From the NCBI GenBank assembly GCA_018238625.1, contig JABCSY010000096.1, positions 1-15,859 of the forward strand: a stretch of DNA of 15,859 bases. The letters are read 5' to 3'. The stretch is from Promethearchaeota archaeon (GTDB lineage: Archaea > Asgardarchaeota > Lokiarchaeia > Sigyniarchaeales > SOKP01). A program made the position numbers and the translations under genes. Below are positions 1 to 7,353 of the stretch, in pieces; the stretch's first letter is position 1; each line of letters starts with the position of its first letter. The notes under the pieces were generated by a model. It made no database searches, was not told the DNA's origin, and saw only the letters and a list, made by a program, of their open reading frames with translations.

Positions 1-2
1 TC

Positions 3-242
3 ATTGTATCTCATTACGAACTAGGATTATTAGGTGTCATCGTAAAAACCGATGATAACGTGATTGGCATAGCTGAAAATTACACGTTAAAACTTAAACC
101 GACGTCTAAAGTGAAGATATATAAACCTACCGCAGAATTGAGGGACACTTATTTAATCCGGGCTATTATTGAGGTAGTATCCAAAAATGAGGCTGAAATC
201 ATCTATTCGTTGCCGTCTTTCTTTAAAACATTAAATTTGTGA
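3..242 (+). CDS. 3' end of a hypothetical protein gene running in from the left edge (partial; the ORF track's 60..242 is only its tail)
   Basis: The frame is open from base 3 (IVSHYELGLLGVIVKTDDNVIGIAENY...FFKTLNL*). All 7 differences versus the second copy at 1761-1994 are synonymous, which indicates real coding sequence. Confidence 0.75.
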   Translation: MVSHYELGLLGVIVKTDDNVIGIAENYTLKLKPTSKVKIYKPTAELRDTYLIRAIIEVVSKNEAEIIYSLPSFFKTLNL

Positions 243-254
243 ATTATCCTTTCC
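21..254 (+). repeat. 234-bp direct repeat, copy 1 (candidate attL)
   Basis: Matches 1761-1994 at an offset of exactly 1740, with mismatches at 116, 119, 200, 203, 209, 230 and 231. Confidence 0.97.
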
Positions 255-324
255 ACAATTCACACAAATCTCAATTCCTCTAATGCAAATAGTAACCTGC
301 TTTTTTAAACTCCGTTTTAAAATT

Positions 325-1308
325 TTAATTAGAATTTTCTCTTGTTGAATTACTGTTAGGGAACTCACTGTTATTATTATCTATGTTATTAATATTTGTA
401 TTTAATTGAGTGATGTTTGTTTGTCTTAGGATGTGATGCTTCTTTACTTTTCCAAATTGGAAGAATAAAAGAAGGATTAATGTGATAAAAATCGGGAAAC
501 TGATCAAGGTTAAAAAAATTATCCCATTAATGACATAATAGTCAGCATGCCTAATTGCCTGAAGAAAAAGATCACCGATCCCTTCAAAGCTATACAATAT
601 TCCTGTTTGCATTAAGAATGCTAATACGATTCCATAACTAAATCCAACTAGTAAGTTGAACCATATGGTGAAATGCTTTTCTAAAGATTCTTTTTTTAAA
701 TTTATAAGATATATATGTACTAATAAAGTTGTTATTGCTGTAATTGATATAGTAGGAGCTATCCATAAAAATAATAAATCAAATACAGGATTAATAAAGA
801 TTATTGGTGATAAGAAAAGGGGAGAAAAGAAAAATTGGAAAAGCATAGTAACCATCAAAATGGGAAGTGCAAATCCTAGAAGTGTAACAATTTGTACTGT
901 TCTGTTTCCTATTCTGGATTTATCCTTTATTGAATGATTTCCAAGGAGGAAACCCAGAAGAAGACTTAGAATTAGGGGTAATACCGTAAGGTATATATTT
1001 GGAAGCATACTCTCCATTATTAAAGAAAATGCAGGAGTTGTTCTAGAAATACTAAAAGAAAGACCCCAATTACCCCTAACCATATTTAATGCATACATAA
1101 AGAATTGGATAACAATTGGTTGATTAAATCCTAATTGTTGTTTCAACTGCTCATATAGTTCCCAGTTAATTTTACCCTCTGGAAGATATGCTAATACTGG
1201 ATCACCGGGAAGCACTCGAGATATTAAGAATGATATATTGATTGCAACAAAAAGGAAGGCCAATTCTAAAACCAAAGTTAATATTACTTTTTTGATGATT
1301 TTTCGCAT
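325..1308 (-). CDS. Divergent DppB/OppB-like peptide/nickel ABC transporter permease
   Basis: N-terminal LPGDPV...QLGFNQPIVIQFFMY...GNWGLS and C-terminal GIGDLFLQAIRHADYYVING match the DppB pattern, with about 6 hydrophobic segments. No recognisable EAA loop. Confidence 0.85.
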   Translation of the reverse strand: MRKIIKKVILTLVLELAFLFVAINISFLISRVLPGDPVLAYLPEGKINWELYEQLKQQLGFNQPIVIQFFMYALNMVRGNWGLSFSISRTTPAFSLIMESMLPNIYLTVLPLILSLLLGFLLGNHSIKDKSRIGNRTVQIVTLLGFALPILMVTMLFQFFFSPLFLSPIIFINPVFDLLFLWIAPTISITAITTLLVHIYLINLKKESLEKHFTIWFNLLVGFSYGIVLAFLMQTGILYSFEGIGDLFLQAIRHADYYVINGIIFLTLISFPIFITLILLLFFQFGKVKKHHILRQTNITQLNTNINNIDNNNSEFPNSNSTRENSN

Positions 1309-1413
1309 AGAATAACAACAAGTAATTTTAGATTTTATTATTTAATAAATTAGATGTCAATTACATATAAATAATTTATATTTGATAAATTAAAAAATAA
1401 AACTGTTTAAATC

Positions 1414-1722
1414 TTATTTTTGGTAAAACTTGCGACAAAATTCAAGAGATAGTAAGAGCCCTACTATTATTACACTCCAGATCCAGAAATAAGGACAATC
1501 TCGAATGGTCCTAGAAATATCTGGGCGAGCATAACGGGGAACTGAGATGGTTGTAAAATTAGCTGTAATCAAGTAAGGTGGTGGTAGAATAAGGCTAAGG
1601 TGATAAGTACCTAAAAATTGAAATTGAGTAGTCTAACCTCGCATCCCCAATTCTGTAATATAAGACATGGATATGTCATTTTCAGGTACAACATCGAGTT
1701 TTTCCCCATACTGAGCATGCAA
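1414..1722 (-). pseudogene. Probable remnant of the C-terminus of a membrane-anchored protein
   Basis: The frame reads LHAQYGEKLDVVPENDISMSYITELGMRG*(TAG 1633-1635)TTQFQF...TIRDCPYFWIWSVIIVGLLLSLEFCRKFYQK*. It ends in a TM helix plus basic tail and is GC-richer than its flanks. Confidence 0.4.
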
Positions 1723-1760
1723 TCAAAAATATAAAATTTTGTAGATAGTTCAATTTAGAT

Positions 1761-1982
1761 CTAGGATTATTAGGTGTCATCGTAAAAACCGATGATAACG
1801 TGATTGGCATAGCTGAAAATTACACGTTAAAACTTAAACCGACGTCTAAAGTGAAAATTTATAAACCTACCGCAGAATTGAGGGACACTTATTTAATCCG
1901 GGCTATTATTGAGGTAGTATCCAAAAATGAGGCTGAAATTATTTATTCTTTGCCGTCTTTCTTTAAAACGCTAAATTTGTGA
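1761..1982 (+). pseudogene. Orphan (displaced) 3' fragment of the gene ending at 242
   Basis: Encodes the same peptide as codons 21-242, but an in-frame TAG at 1746-1748 lies just upstream and there is no 5' part of the gene. Confidence 0.75.
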
Positions 1983-1994
1983 ATTATCCTTTCC
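1761..1994 (+). repeat. 234-bp direct repeat, copy 2 (candidate attR)
   Basis: Near-identical to 21-254. Similarity stops abruptly at both ends. Confidence 0.97.
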
Positions 1995-2101
1995 TTAAAT
2001 TTTTATTTCTTATGTGTATTTACTTTATATTTTTACATACTACAATAAATTCTATTTAAAAAAATTGTAAAAAAAAATTCAAAACTTTATTAGAATTCTT
2101 C

Positions 2102-5100
2102 TTAATAATTGTCTAAAAACGAGCTTTCTATTAGGATACTTCTTCGTTTATCCCTTAGGTTACCATCAGAATTAGGTTTTGTAATTTTTTTAAAGAAAAT
2201 TTTATCTTGACCAATATAATTACCTAAAATGTCAGCTAAACTAATTAAATTATAAGACATGTCTATTTGACTATTAAATTGTTTTAAATGTAAAGTATCA
2301 AAAATATAGTATGTACCAATAGATGATCCTCTTGTGATAGTTTTAAATTCTAAAGAAGAAAAATTATTTTTGCAATAAGTTATAAATTTTGAAAAAAGTT
2401 GAGGAATTTCCATTTCATTTAATTCTATTTCCGGATCATAGAAATATTTTTCAAAAAATCGTAATTCTATGTCTTTAATTAGATCGTTAGTATCATAAAA
2501 AGTAATTCTATGATAAATATTATCATTATACCGTTCTAATGATTCAATGTCAGAATTTTTAGAATATTCTAAAATTTTATTAAATTCTTGAATAAAGGAT
2601 GAGTCAAAATTAAGTAATTTTGCGAATAATTTTGGATTAATTATTAAAACCTTATCGGGATATAATATTTCAGAAATATTTGGAATAATTTGTCTATTAT
2701 TATTTTTGTGTTTCCAATTTGTTCCAACAATTATTAGCAAAATTAAATTATTTTGATATTTAGTACATTTACTTAGTATATTTTCATCTGATAAATCGCT
2801 TGTAAACTCAATTTGAACTCCAACCACTTTATTTAAAAGATCTTTTTTAATATTTAGTGCTTTAATTAATCTTTCACTATCTTCAAATTTGGTAAGACGA
2901 TCATAGAAAAATCTAGAAAATTTAAAATTTAAAAAAAATCCATCAGCCTGTTTGTTGGAAGGTGGAAATATTCTAATTTCTGAGTAATATCTATAAATAC
3001 TATTTTTATTAAAAAATAAAGAAATTAAACTGTTTAAACATAAATGGGTAGATAATCCTGTTTGAGATACTATATCTGATGTATGAAATCTATTGTCAAA
3101 TTCCTCTTTATCAAAATTAAAAATATATTCTTTTACAATCCTTGTAATTGTATTTCTTTGACCATTAAGATTGATTAAGTTGAGTTCTCTCGCGATTTCA
3201 GAAAGGTTATAGTTTGTATTAAGAGTTAGGTGAATAATAAAAGATAAAATCTCTTCATTTTCATTTATTTTTTTACATAAATTTGTTAAATTTTCCTTTT
3301 CAGTAATATCACATTCATTTATATTAATCCATTTTATAAAATCTTCAGTAATTTCCATTCCATGATTAGCATAAATATGATTAGTTGGAGTATAAAAAAT
3401 CTCTTTATAAACTCTAAACCTATCAATTAATGATGAATTTAACAAATTTTCGAAACTCAAATTAACGAAATCGACAATTCTTTTCTTTTTTCTACCACCA
3501 ACAGGAAACAATTTCCTAAATTCATTAATGTTACCTTGGAAAATATGCTTCGTAATGATTCGTTGTATTGTTATATCGGAAACTGTTAAAAATAAAGGTG
3601 TAAACTTATTTGAAAAAACTTTCAAAGGAAGTCTATCAAGGCTATTTGAATTAATATAATTTTTTACCTGATATATAATGTAATTCAATATTTCTTTATT
3701 TTTATTAATATTTTCTATAAGTTCAAAAATATCTTTTTTTTTAGAAGCATTAATATTTCTTTGCTTAATCCAATCAATAAAATTTTTAGTAATTTTCTTC
3801 CCAAAATTTGCATAATTACCTGTATTCATATAATATTGTTCAAAAAATTTATGTAATTCTTTATTTAATAGACTAGAAAAAATTAATTTTTTATAATTTT
3901 CTGAGTTTTGCAAACTGAATTTGTTCCAACCATCACCTTTAGAAAACTTTTTTTTATAATCTTCATTAGAAAAATTCTTTTCAGCAATTGTTCGAACTGT
4001 TTCCCTTGAAACATTTAAATGAATTTTTAAAAGGATGGAATTCAATCCAATTTGAGTAACATTACTATTTATAAGAAGATATAAAATGTATTGCGCAATT
4101 TCTTCATTTTCGTTAATATTATTAATTTTTTCTAACAATATATCTTTTTTAGGATTATCATTTGAATATCTTTCTTTAATCCAATTAATAAATACAGCTC
4201 GTAACGTGCGACCCGTATTTGCATAAGGATTCTTTACATTTAAAGCAAAATGTTCTGTGTAAAACTCTTCATAACTCTTAAGTAATAGTTCGTCAAGTAA
4301 ATTATGGAAATTTAAATTATTAATGTCTATAGATATATTTTTCTTTCTTCCAACAGAACTTTGCTTATGGGGGGTAAGTGTTACTTTTGAAGTTGGAAAT
4401 AGAGGAAAAGATTTTTTAAAATAGAAATCATTTTCAATATTCTCTTTATGGTTGTTAATTTTTTCTAAAATTCGCTGAATGGGGATTCCCGCTGAATCTT
4501 CTTCCCTTATTAAAGCTTTCTCTTGATTGGTCACTTTGATTTCTGATTTATTAAATTGGAGTTTTTCTTCAAATGTATTATTATTTTCTCTTAGATTTAT
4601 TTCTTGTTTAGTGTATTTAAAATCCTCATATTCTAAAATTACACGATTATATTCCTGTGAGATGTGCTTAAAAAATTTGCTACGCACTCGATTAACAAAA
4701 AATATGTTCATAAGTTCCCACAAATGATTATAAAAATAATCTTTAAAAGCCCGAATATTTGCTAATAATTCTAGTTGGATCGGACCTAGCTCCTGTAGTC
4801 TTTTTGTTAAGAATTTTAATCTCTTCTTTTCTATTTCAGTAAGTTTTTCGTATTGAGACTTTTCATATAATTCAAGAAAGTTTCGAGCTAAATACTCGAA
4901 CTCGTTATAAATCTCAAGGGCTTTTTTTAACTCGGATTTAAGCTCAGTATTGCACTCTTCCTCGGAAGCTTCTTTTATCCATTGTTTAAGGGTTCTTTTC
5001 CAACCCTCTTCGTCCGATTCGTCACTTCCTAGCTTAGTAATTTCCTCAAGAAAATCTTTCTTATCTTTGGATTCGATTTCGATAGCATCTAATTCTAATT

Positions 5101-7339
5101 TTAATACTTCTGAATTTTCTTTATTTTCCTGCGTTTTCTTTAGATTTCTGTATTTCTGCGAGATATGCTTAAAAAATTTGCTAAGCAGTCGATTAACAAG
5201 AGGTTTATTCCAAAAATCGTCCCAATATTGCTCGGTGATATATTTTTTAATGAAAAAAACACTTAATAATAATTCAAATTGGATCGGATCTCGCTCATGT
5301 AGCCTTCCTAACAAGGATTTTAATCTATTCTTTTCTTTTTCAGAGAGTTTTTCTATTTGAGACTTTTTATATAATTCCAAAAACTTTCGAGTAAAATCCT
5401 CGAACTCGTTATAAATCTCAAGGGCTTTTTTTAACTCGGATTTAAGCTCAGCGTTGCACTCTTCCTCGGAAGCCTCTTTTATCCATTGTTTAAGGGTTCT
5501 TTTCCAACCCTCTTCGTCAATTTCTTTTTTTTTTTCGTTTTCACTTTTAGATATATTAATCTTTTCTGCTCCTAATTCTCGTTGTTCTAACCATTTACTA
5601 TAACCTTTTGATTTTTGTCTAGCATACATAGGTCTCCTACCCGTTTCTTGGCGATATAACTCTTGAAGACGTTCGTTTTCCTCTTCGTCAGATTCTTTCT
5701 TCTTTTCATTGCTTAAGGCAGAGGTTAGTTCAATTTGATCGCATTGTTCCGCACTTGAATTTTGTTCGTTAGTTTCTAAATCGTGTTTTTCAAGTTCTTC
5801 GTTCACTTTCGGTTCTTCTTCTTTTTCTTGTTTTTCATTTATTTCGCTTTGATAATTGCTTGCTATTTCTTCCATCTGCTCATCGATTTCTTCTTGAGAC
5901 CTCCCTTGCCGATGCAATTCCTCTTCTACTTCTATATAATACTCTGCTTCAGCTGGTTGATCGATCTCTTCTCTTGCATCATCGATTTCTTCTTCGTCTT
6001 CGTGATCGACCAGCTTTAGTTTCTCCAGTTCTTGCTGTTCAATTATTTTTTCTAATCCTTCTTCAAACTTGGTCGCTTCTATGGATTCCTCTACTCTCAC
6101 ATCTATCTCTTCTTGCAACTTCCCTTGTTGAACTAATTTCTCTTCTAATTCAACGGCTTGCTCTACTAAGTCTTCTCTATCCAAATCTTCTTTTAGATCC
6201 TCTTCAGTCGCTTCGCCTTCGTGATCGACTCGCTTTAGTTTCTCCAGTTCTAGCTCTTCAATTATCTTTTCTGCGTTTTTAAGCGTTTCGTACATCTCTT
6301 CCGCTTCGTGCATTACTTCTTCTATCTCTTCAGAAGTCTTTCCTTCTTGATCTAAATTATCGCGAATTTCCCATAAATATTCGAATTCATCCGTACTAGT
6401 AATTTCCTTAGATGCCTCAATAACATCCTCCCCTTCGAGTTCATCGCTCTTATAACCACTTTCTTGGTCAACATTTAATTCCTCTGTTACTTCTTGCCTA
6501 AGTTCTTCGGTTTCTTGCTCCTCTTTACTATCTTGATCGTTTAATACCTCTTTTTCCTTTAAAGTTTCATAATATTGCTCAGCACAATACGCTGCGTTTT
6601 CTTGTTCAACTTGTGGTTCGACACTCTCGTTTTCTCCCTTTGTTTCCCTGGCATATTCGGCTAATTCTTCGACATCCTTTATAAACTCACTTTCCTCGGT
6701 ATTTACAATAGATTCCGTATCGTCTTGATATTCTTCTGGGTGAATCTCGATTTCTTCTTCTTGTTCATGGCGTTCCATATTACTTTCTATTTCTTCTATT
6801 TCACTAGTTAAAACCGTAGAAGTTGATTGAGAACCAATATTTTCGTTTTCAATAATATTTCCTACATCTTCAGAGTCTTGATCTTCTTCAGCTCGTTCAC
6901 TACCTTCCTTGTCATGAATAGTATCATCTAAGATGTCATCGTCGAACTCGTCTGACTCGCTAAATCTCTCTGGAATAATATCGTCAAACTCGCCAGTATC
7001 GCTAAATCTCTCAGGGATGATATCGTCGAACTCGCCAGTATCGCTAAATCTCTCAGGGATGATATCGTCAAACTCGCCAGTATCGCTAAATCTCTCAGGG
7101 ATGATATCGTCGAACTCGCCAGTATCGCTAAATCTCTCAGGGATGATATCGTCGAACTCGCCAGTATCGCTAAATCTCTCAGGGATGATATCGTCGAACT
7201 CGCCTAGCTCGCTAAATTTCTCGGAGGGGCCGTCATCAATCTCGTTTAACTCGTCAGATTCGTTTGTAAGCTCCGGTAACTCTTCTCCAGTCTTATCGTT
7301 CCCGGATTTATCATCCAACTCGTCCCCTATCTCATCCAT
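2102..7339 (-). CDS. 1745-aa protein: acidic repeat-rich N-terminal stalk, duplicated helical domain, three HTH-like repeats, C-terminal PD-(D/E)XK-like nuclease domain
   Basis: Long ORF starting 14 bp after the ATPase stop codon. The first ~560 aa are D/E-rich. Nuclease-like motif: GLSTH...YYSEIRI...KQADGFF...VQIEFT...KCTKY. Confidence 0.85.
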   Translation of the reverse strand: MDEIGDELDDKSGNDKTGEELPELTNESDELNEIDDGPSEKFSELGEFDDIIPERFSDTGEFDDIIPERFSDTGEFDDIIPERFSDTGEFDDIIPERFSDTGEFDDIIPERFSDTGEFDDIIPERFSESDEFDDDILDDTIHDKEGSERAEEDQDSEDVGNIIENENIGSQSTSTVLTSEIEEIESNMERHEQEEEIEIHPEEYQDDTESIVNTEESEFIKDVEELAEYARETKGENESVEPQVEQENAAYCAEQYYETLKEKEVLNDQDSKEEQETEELRQEVTEELNVDQESGYKSDELEGEDVIEASKEITSTDEFEYLWEIRDNLDQEGKTSEEIEEVMHEAEEMYETLKNAEKIIEELELEKLKRVDHEGEATEEDLKEDLDREDLVEQAVELEEKLVQQGKLQEEIDVRVEESIEATKFEEGLEKIIEQQELEKLKLVDHEDEEEIDDAREEIDQPAEAEYYIEVEEELHRQGRSQEEIDEQMEEIASNYQSEINEKQEKEEEPKVNEELEKHDLETNEQNSSAEQCDQIELTSALSNEKKKESDEEENERLQELYRQETGRRPMYARQKSKGYSKWLEQRELGAEKINISKSENEKKKEIDEEGWKRTLKQWIKEASEEECNAELKSELKKALEIYNEFEDFTRKFLELYKKSQIEKLSEKEKNRLKSLLGRLHERDPIQFELLLSVFFIKKYITEQYWDDFWNKPLVNRLLSKFFKHISQKYRNLKKTQENKENSEVLKLELDAIEIESKDKKDFLEEITKLGSDESDEEGWKRTLKQWIKEASEEECNTELKSELKKALEIYNEFEYLARNFLELYEKSQYEKLTEIEKKRLKFLTKRLQELGPIQLELLANIRAFKDYFYNHLWELMNIFFVNRVRSKFFKHISQEYNRVILEYEDFKYTKQEINLRENNNTFEEKLQFNKSEIKVTNQEKALIREEDSAGIPIQRILEKINNHKENIENDFYFKKSFPLFPTSKVTLTPHKQSSVGRKKNISIDINNLNFHNLLDELLLKSYEEFYTEHFALNVKNPYANTGRTLRAVFINWIKERYSNDNPKKDILLEKINNINENEEIAQYILYLLINSNVTQIGLNSILLKIHLNVSRETVRTIAEKNFSNEDYKKKFSKGDGWNKFSLQNSENYKKLIFSSLLNKELHKFFEQYYMNTGNYANFGKKITKNFIDWIKQRNINASKKKDIFELIENINKNKEILNYIIYQVKNYINSNSLDRLPLKVFSNKFTPLFLTVSDITIQRIITKHIFQGNINEFRKLFPVGGRKKKRIVDFVNLSFENLLNSSLIDRFRVYKEIFYTPTNHIYANHGMEITEDFIKWININECDITEKENLTNLCKKINENEEILSFIIHLTLNTNYNLSEIARELNLINLNGQRNTITRIVKEYIFNFDKEEFDNRFHTSDIVSQTGLSTHLCLNSLISLFFNKNSIYRYYSEIRIFPPSNKQADGFFLNFKFSRFFYDRLTKFEDSERLIKALNIKKDLLNKVVGVQIEFTSDLSDENILSKCTKYQNNLILLIIVGTNWKHKNNNRQIIPNISEILYPDKVLIINPKLFAKLLNFDSSFIQEFNKILEYSKNSDIESLERYNDNIYHRITFYDTNDLIKDIELRFFEKYFYDPEIELNEMEIPQLFSKFITYCKNNFSSLEFKTITRGSSIGTYYIFDTLHLKQFNSQIDMSYNLISLADILGNYIGQDKIFFKKITKPNSDGNLRDKRRSILIESSFLDNY
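3085..4320 (-). repeat. Three diverged ~130-145-aa repeats, each ending in an HTH-like segment
   Basis: Shared pattern L.F..LL...L...Y...YAN.G..(L/I)...FI.WI....K..(I/L)....(N/K)IN.N.EI..(Y/F)I....HTH(..T(V/I).xI)...F. Confidence 0.8.
4649..5518 (-). repeat. Internal duplication of a ~122-aa helical domain (5150-5518 and 4649-5014)
   Basis: DEEGWKRTLKQWIKEASEEECNxELKSELKKALEIYNEFE...SKFFKHISQxY occurs twice at a 504-bp offset. The first ~120 bp are almost identical. Confidence 0.95.
5850..6390 (-). repeat. Degenerate ~73-aa (219-bp period) acidic repeats, about 2.5 copies
   Basis: EKIIE.xELEKLKxVDHE occurs twice (GTGATCGAC at 6002 and 6221). L.xxGK/Rxx EEI occurs three times. Confidence 0.8.
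6953..7204 (-). repeat. In-frame tandem repeat, 6 x 42 bp (GEFDDIIPERFSDT), with degenerate flanking units
   Basis: The unit TCGCTAAATCTCTCAGGGATGATATCGTCRAACTCGCCAGTA recurs head-to-tail without spacers. Confidence 0.97.
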
Positions 7340-7353
7340 AAAGGTATATCATC

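Larger units (their letters stand above)
21..1994. mobile_element. Putative small integrated island or remnant (1740-bp unit) inserted in the 3' end of a protein gene; no integrase inside
   Basis: Flanking direct repeats restore the gene 3' end. An imperfect dyad with a 7-bp spacer sits at 33-59. The cargo is decayed. Confidence 0.5.

Noticed and set aside
656-937. 93-aa + strand ORF
   Set aside because: Antisense to the permease, with no independent signal.
1334-1349. TTTATTA-TT-TAATAAA palindrome upstream of the permease
   Set aside because: A pure A/T dyad in very AT-rich DNA is expected by chance.
1800-1982. Independent 60-aa gene
   Set aside because: The GTG start is an internal Val codon of the longer frame seen in copy 1, so it is better explained as a displaced 3' fragment.
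4527-6282. + strand ORFs 4527-4727, 4950-5360, 5783-6019 and 5860-6282
   Set aside because: Antisense to the 1745-aa gene. Their Phe/Ser/Leu bias simply mirrors Glu/Lys codons.
6953-7204. CRISPR array
   Set aside because: The units are contiguous with no unique spacers, the length is a multiple of 3, and they lie in frame within a CDS.
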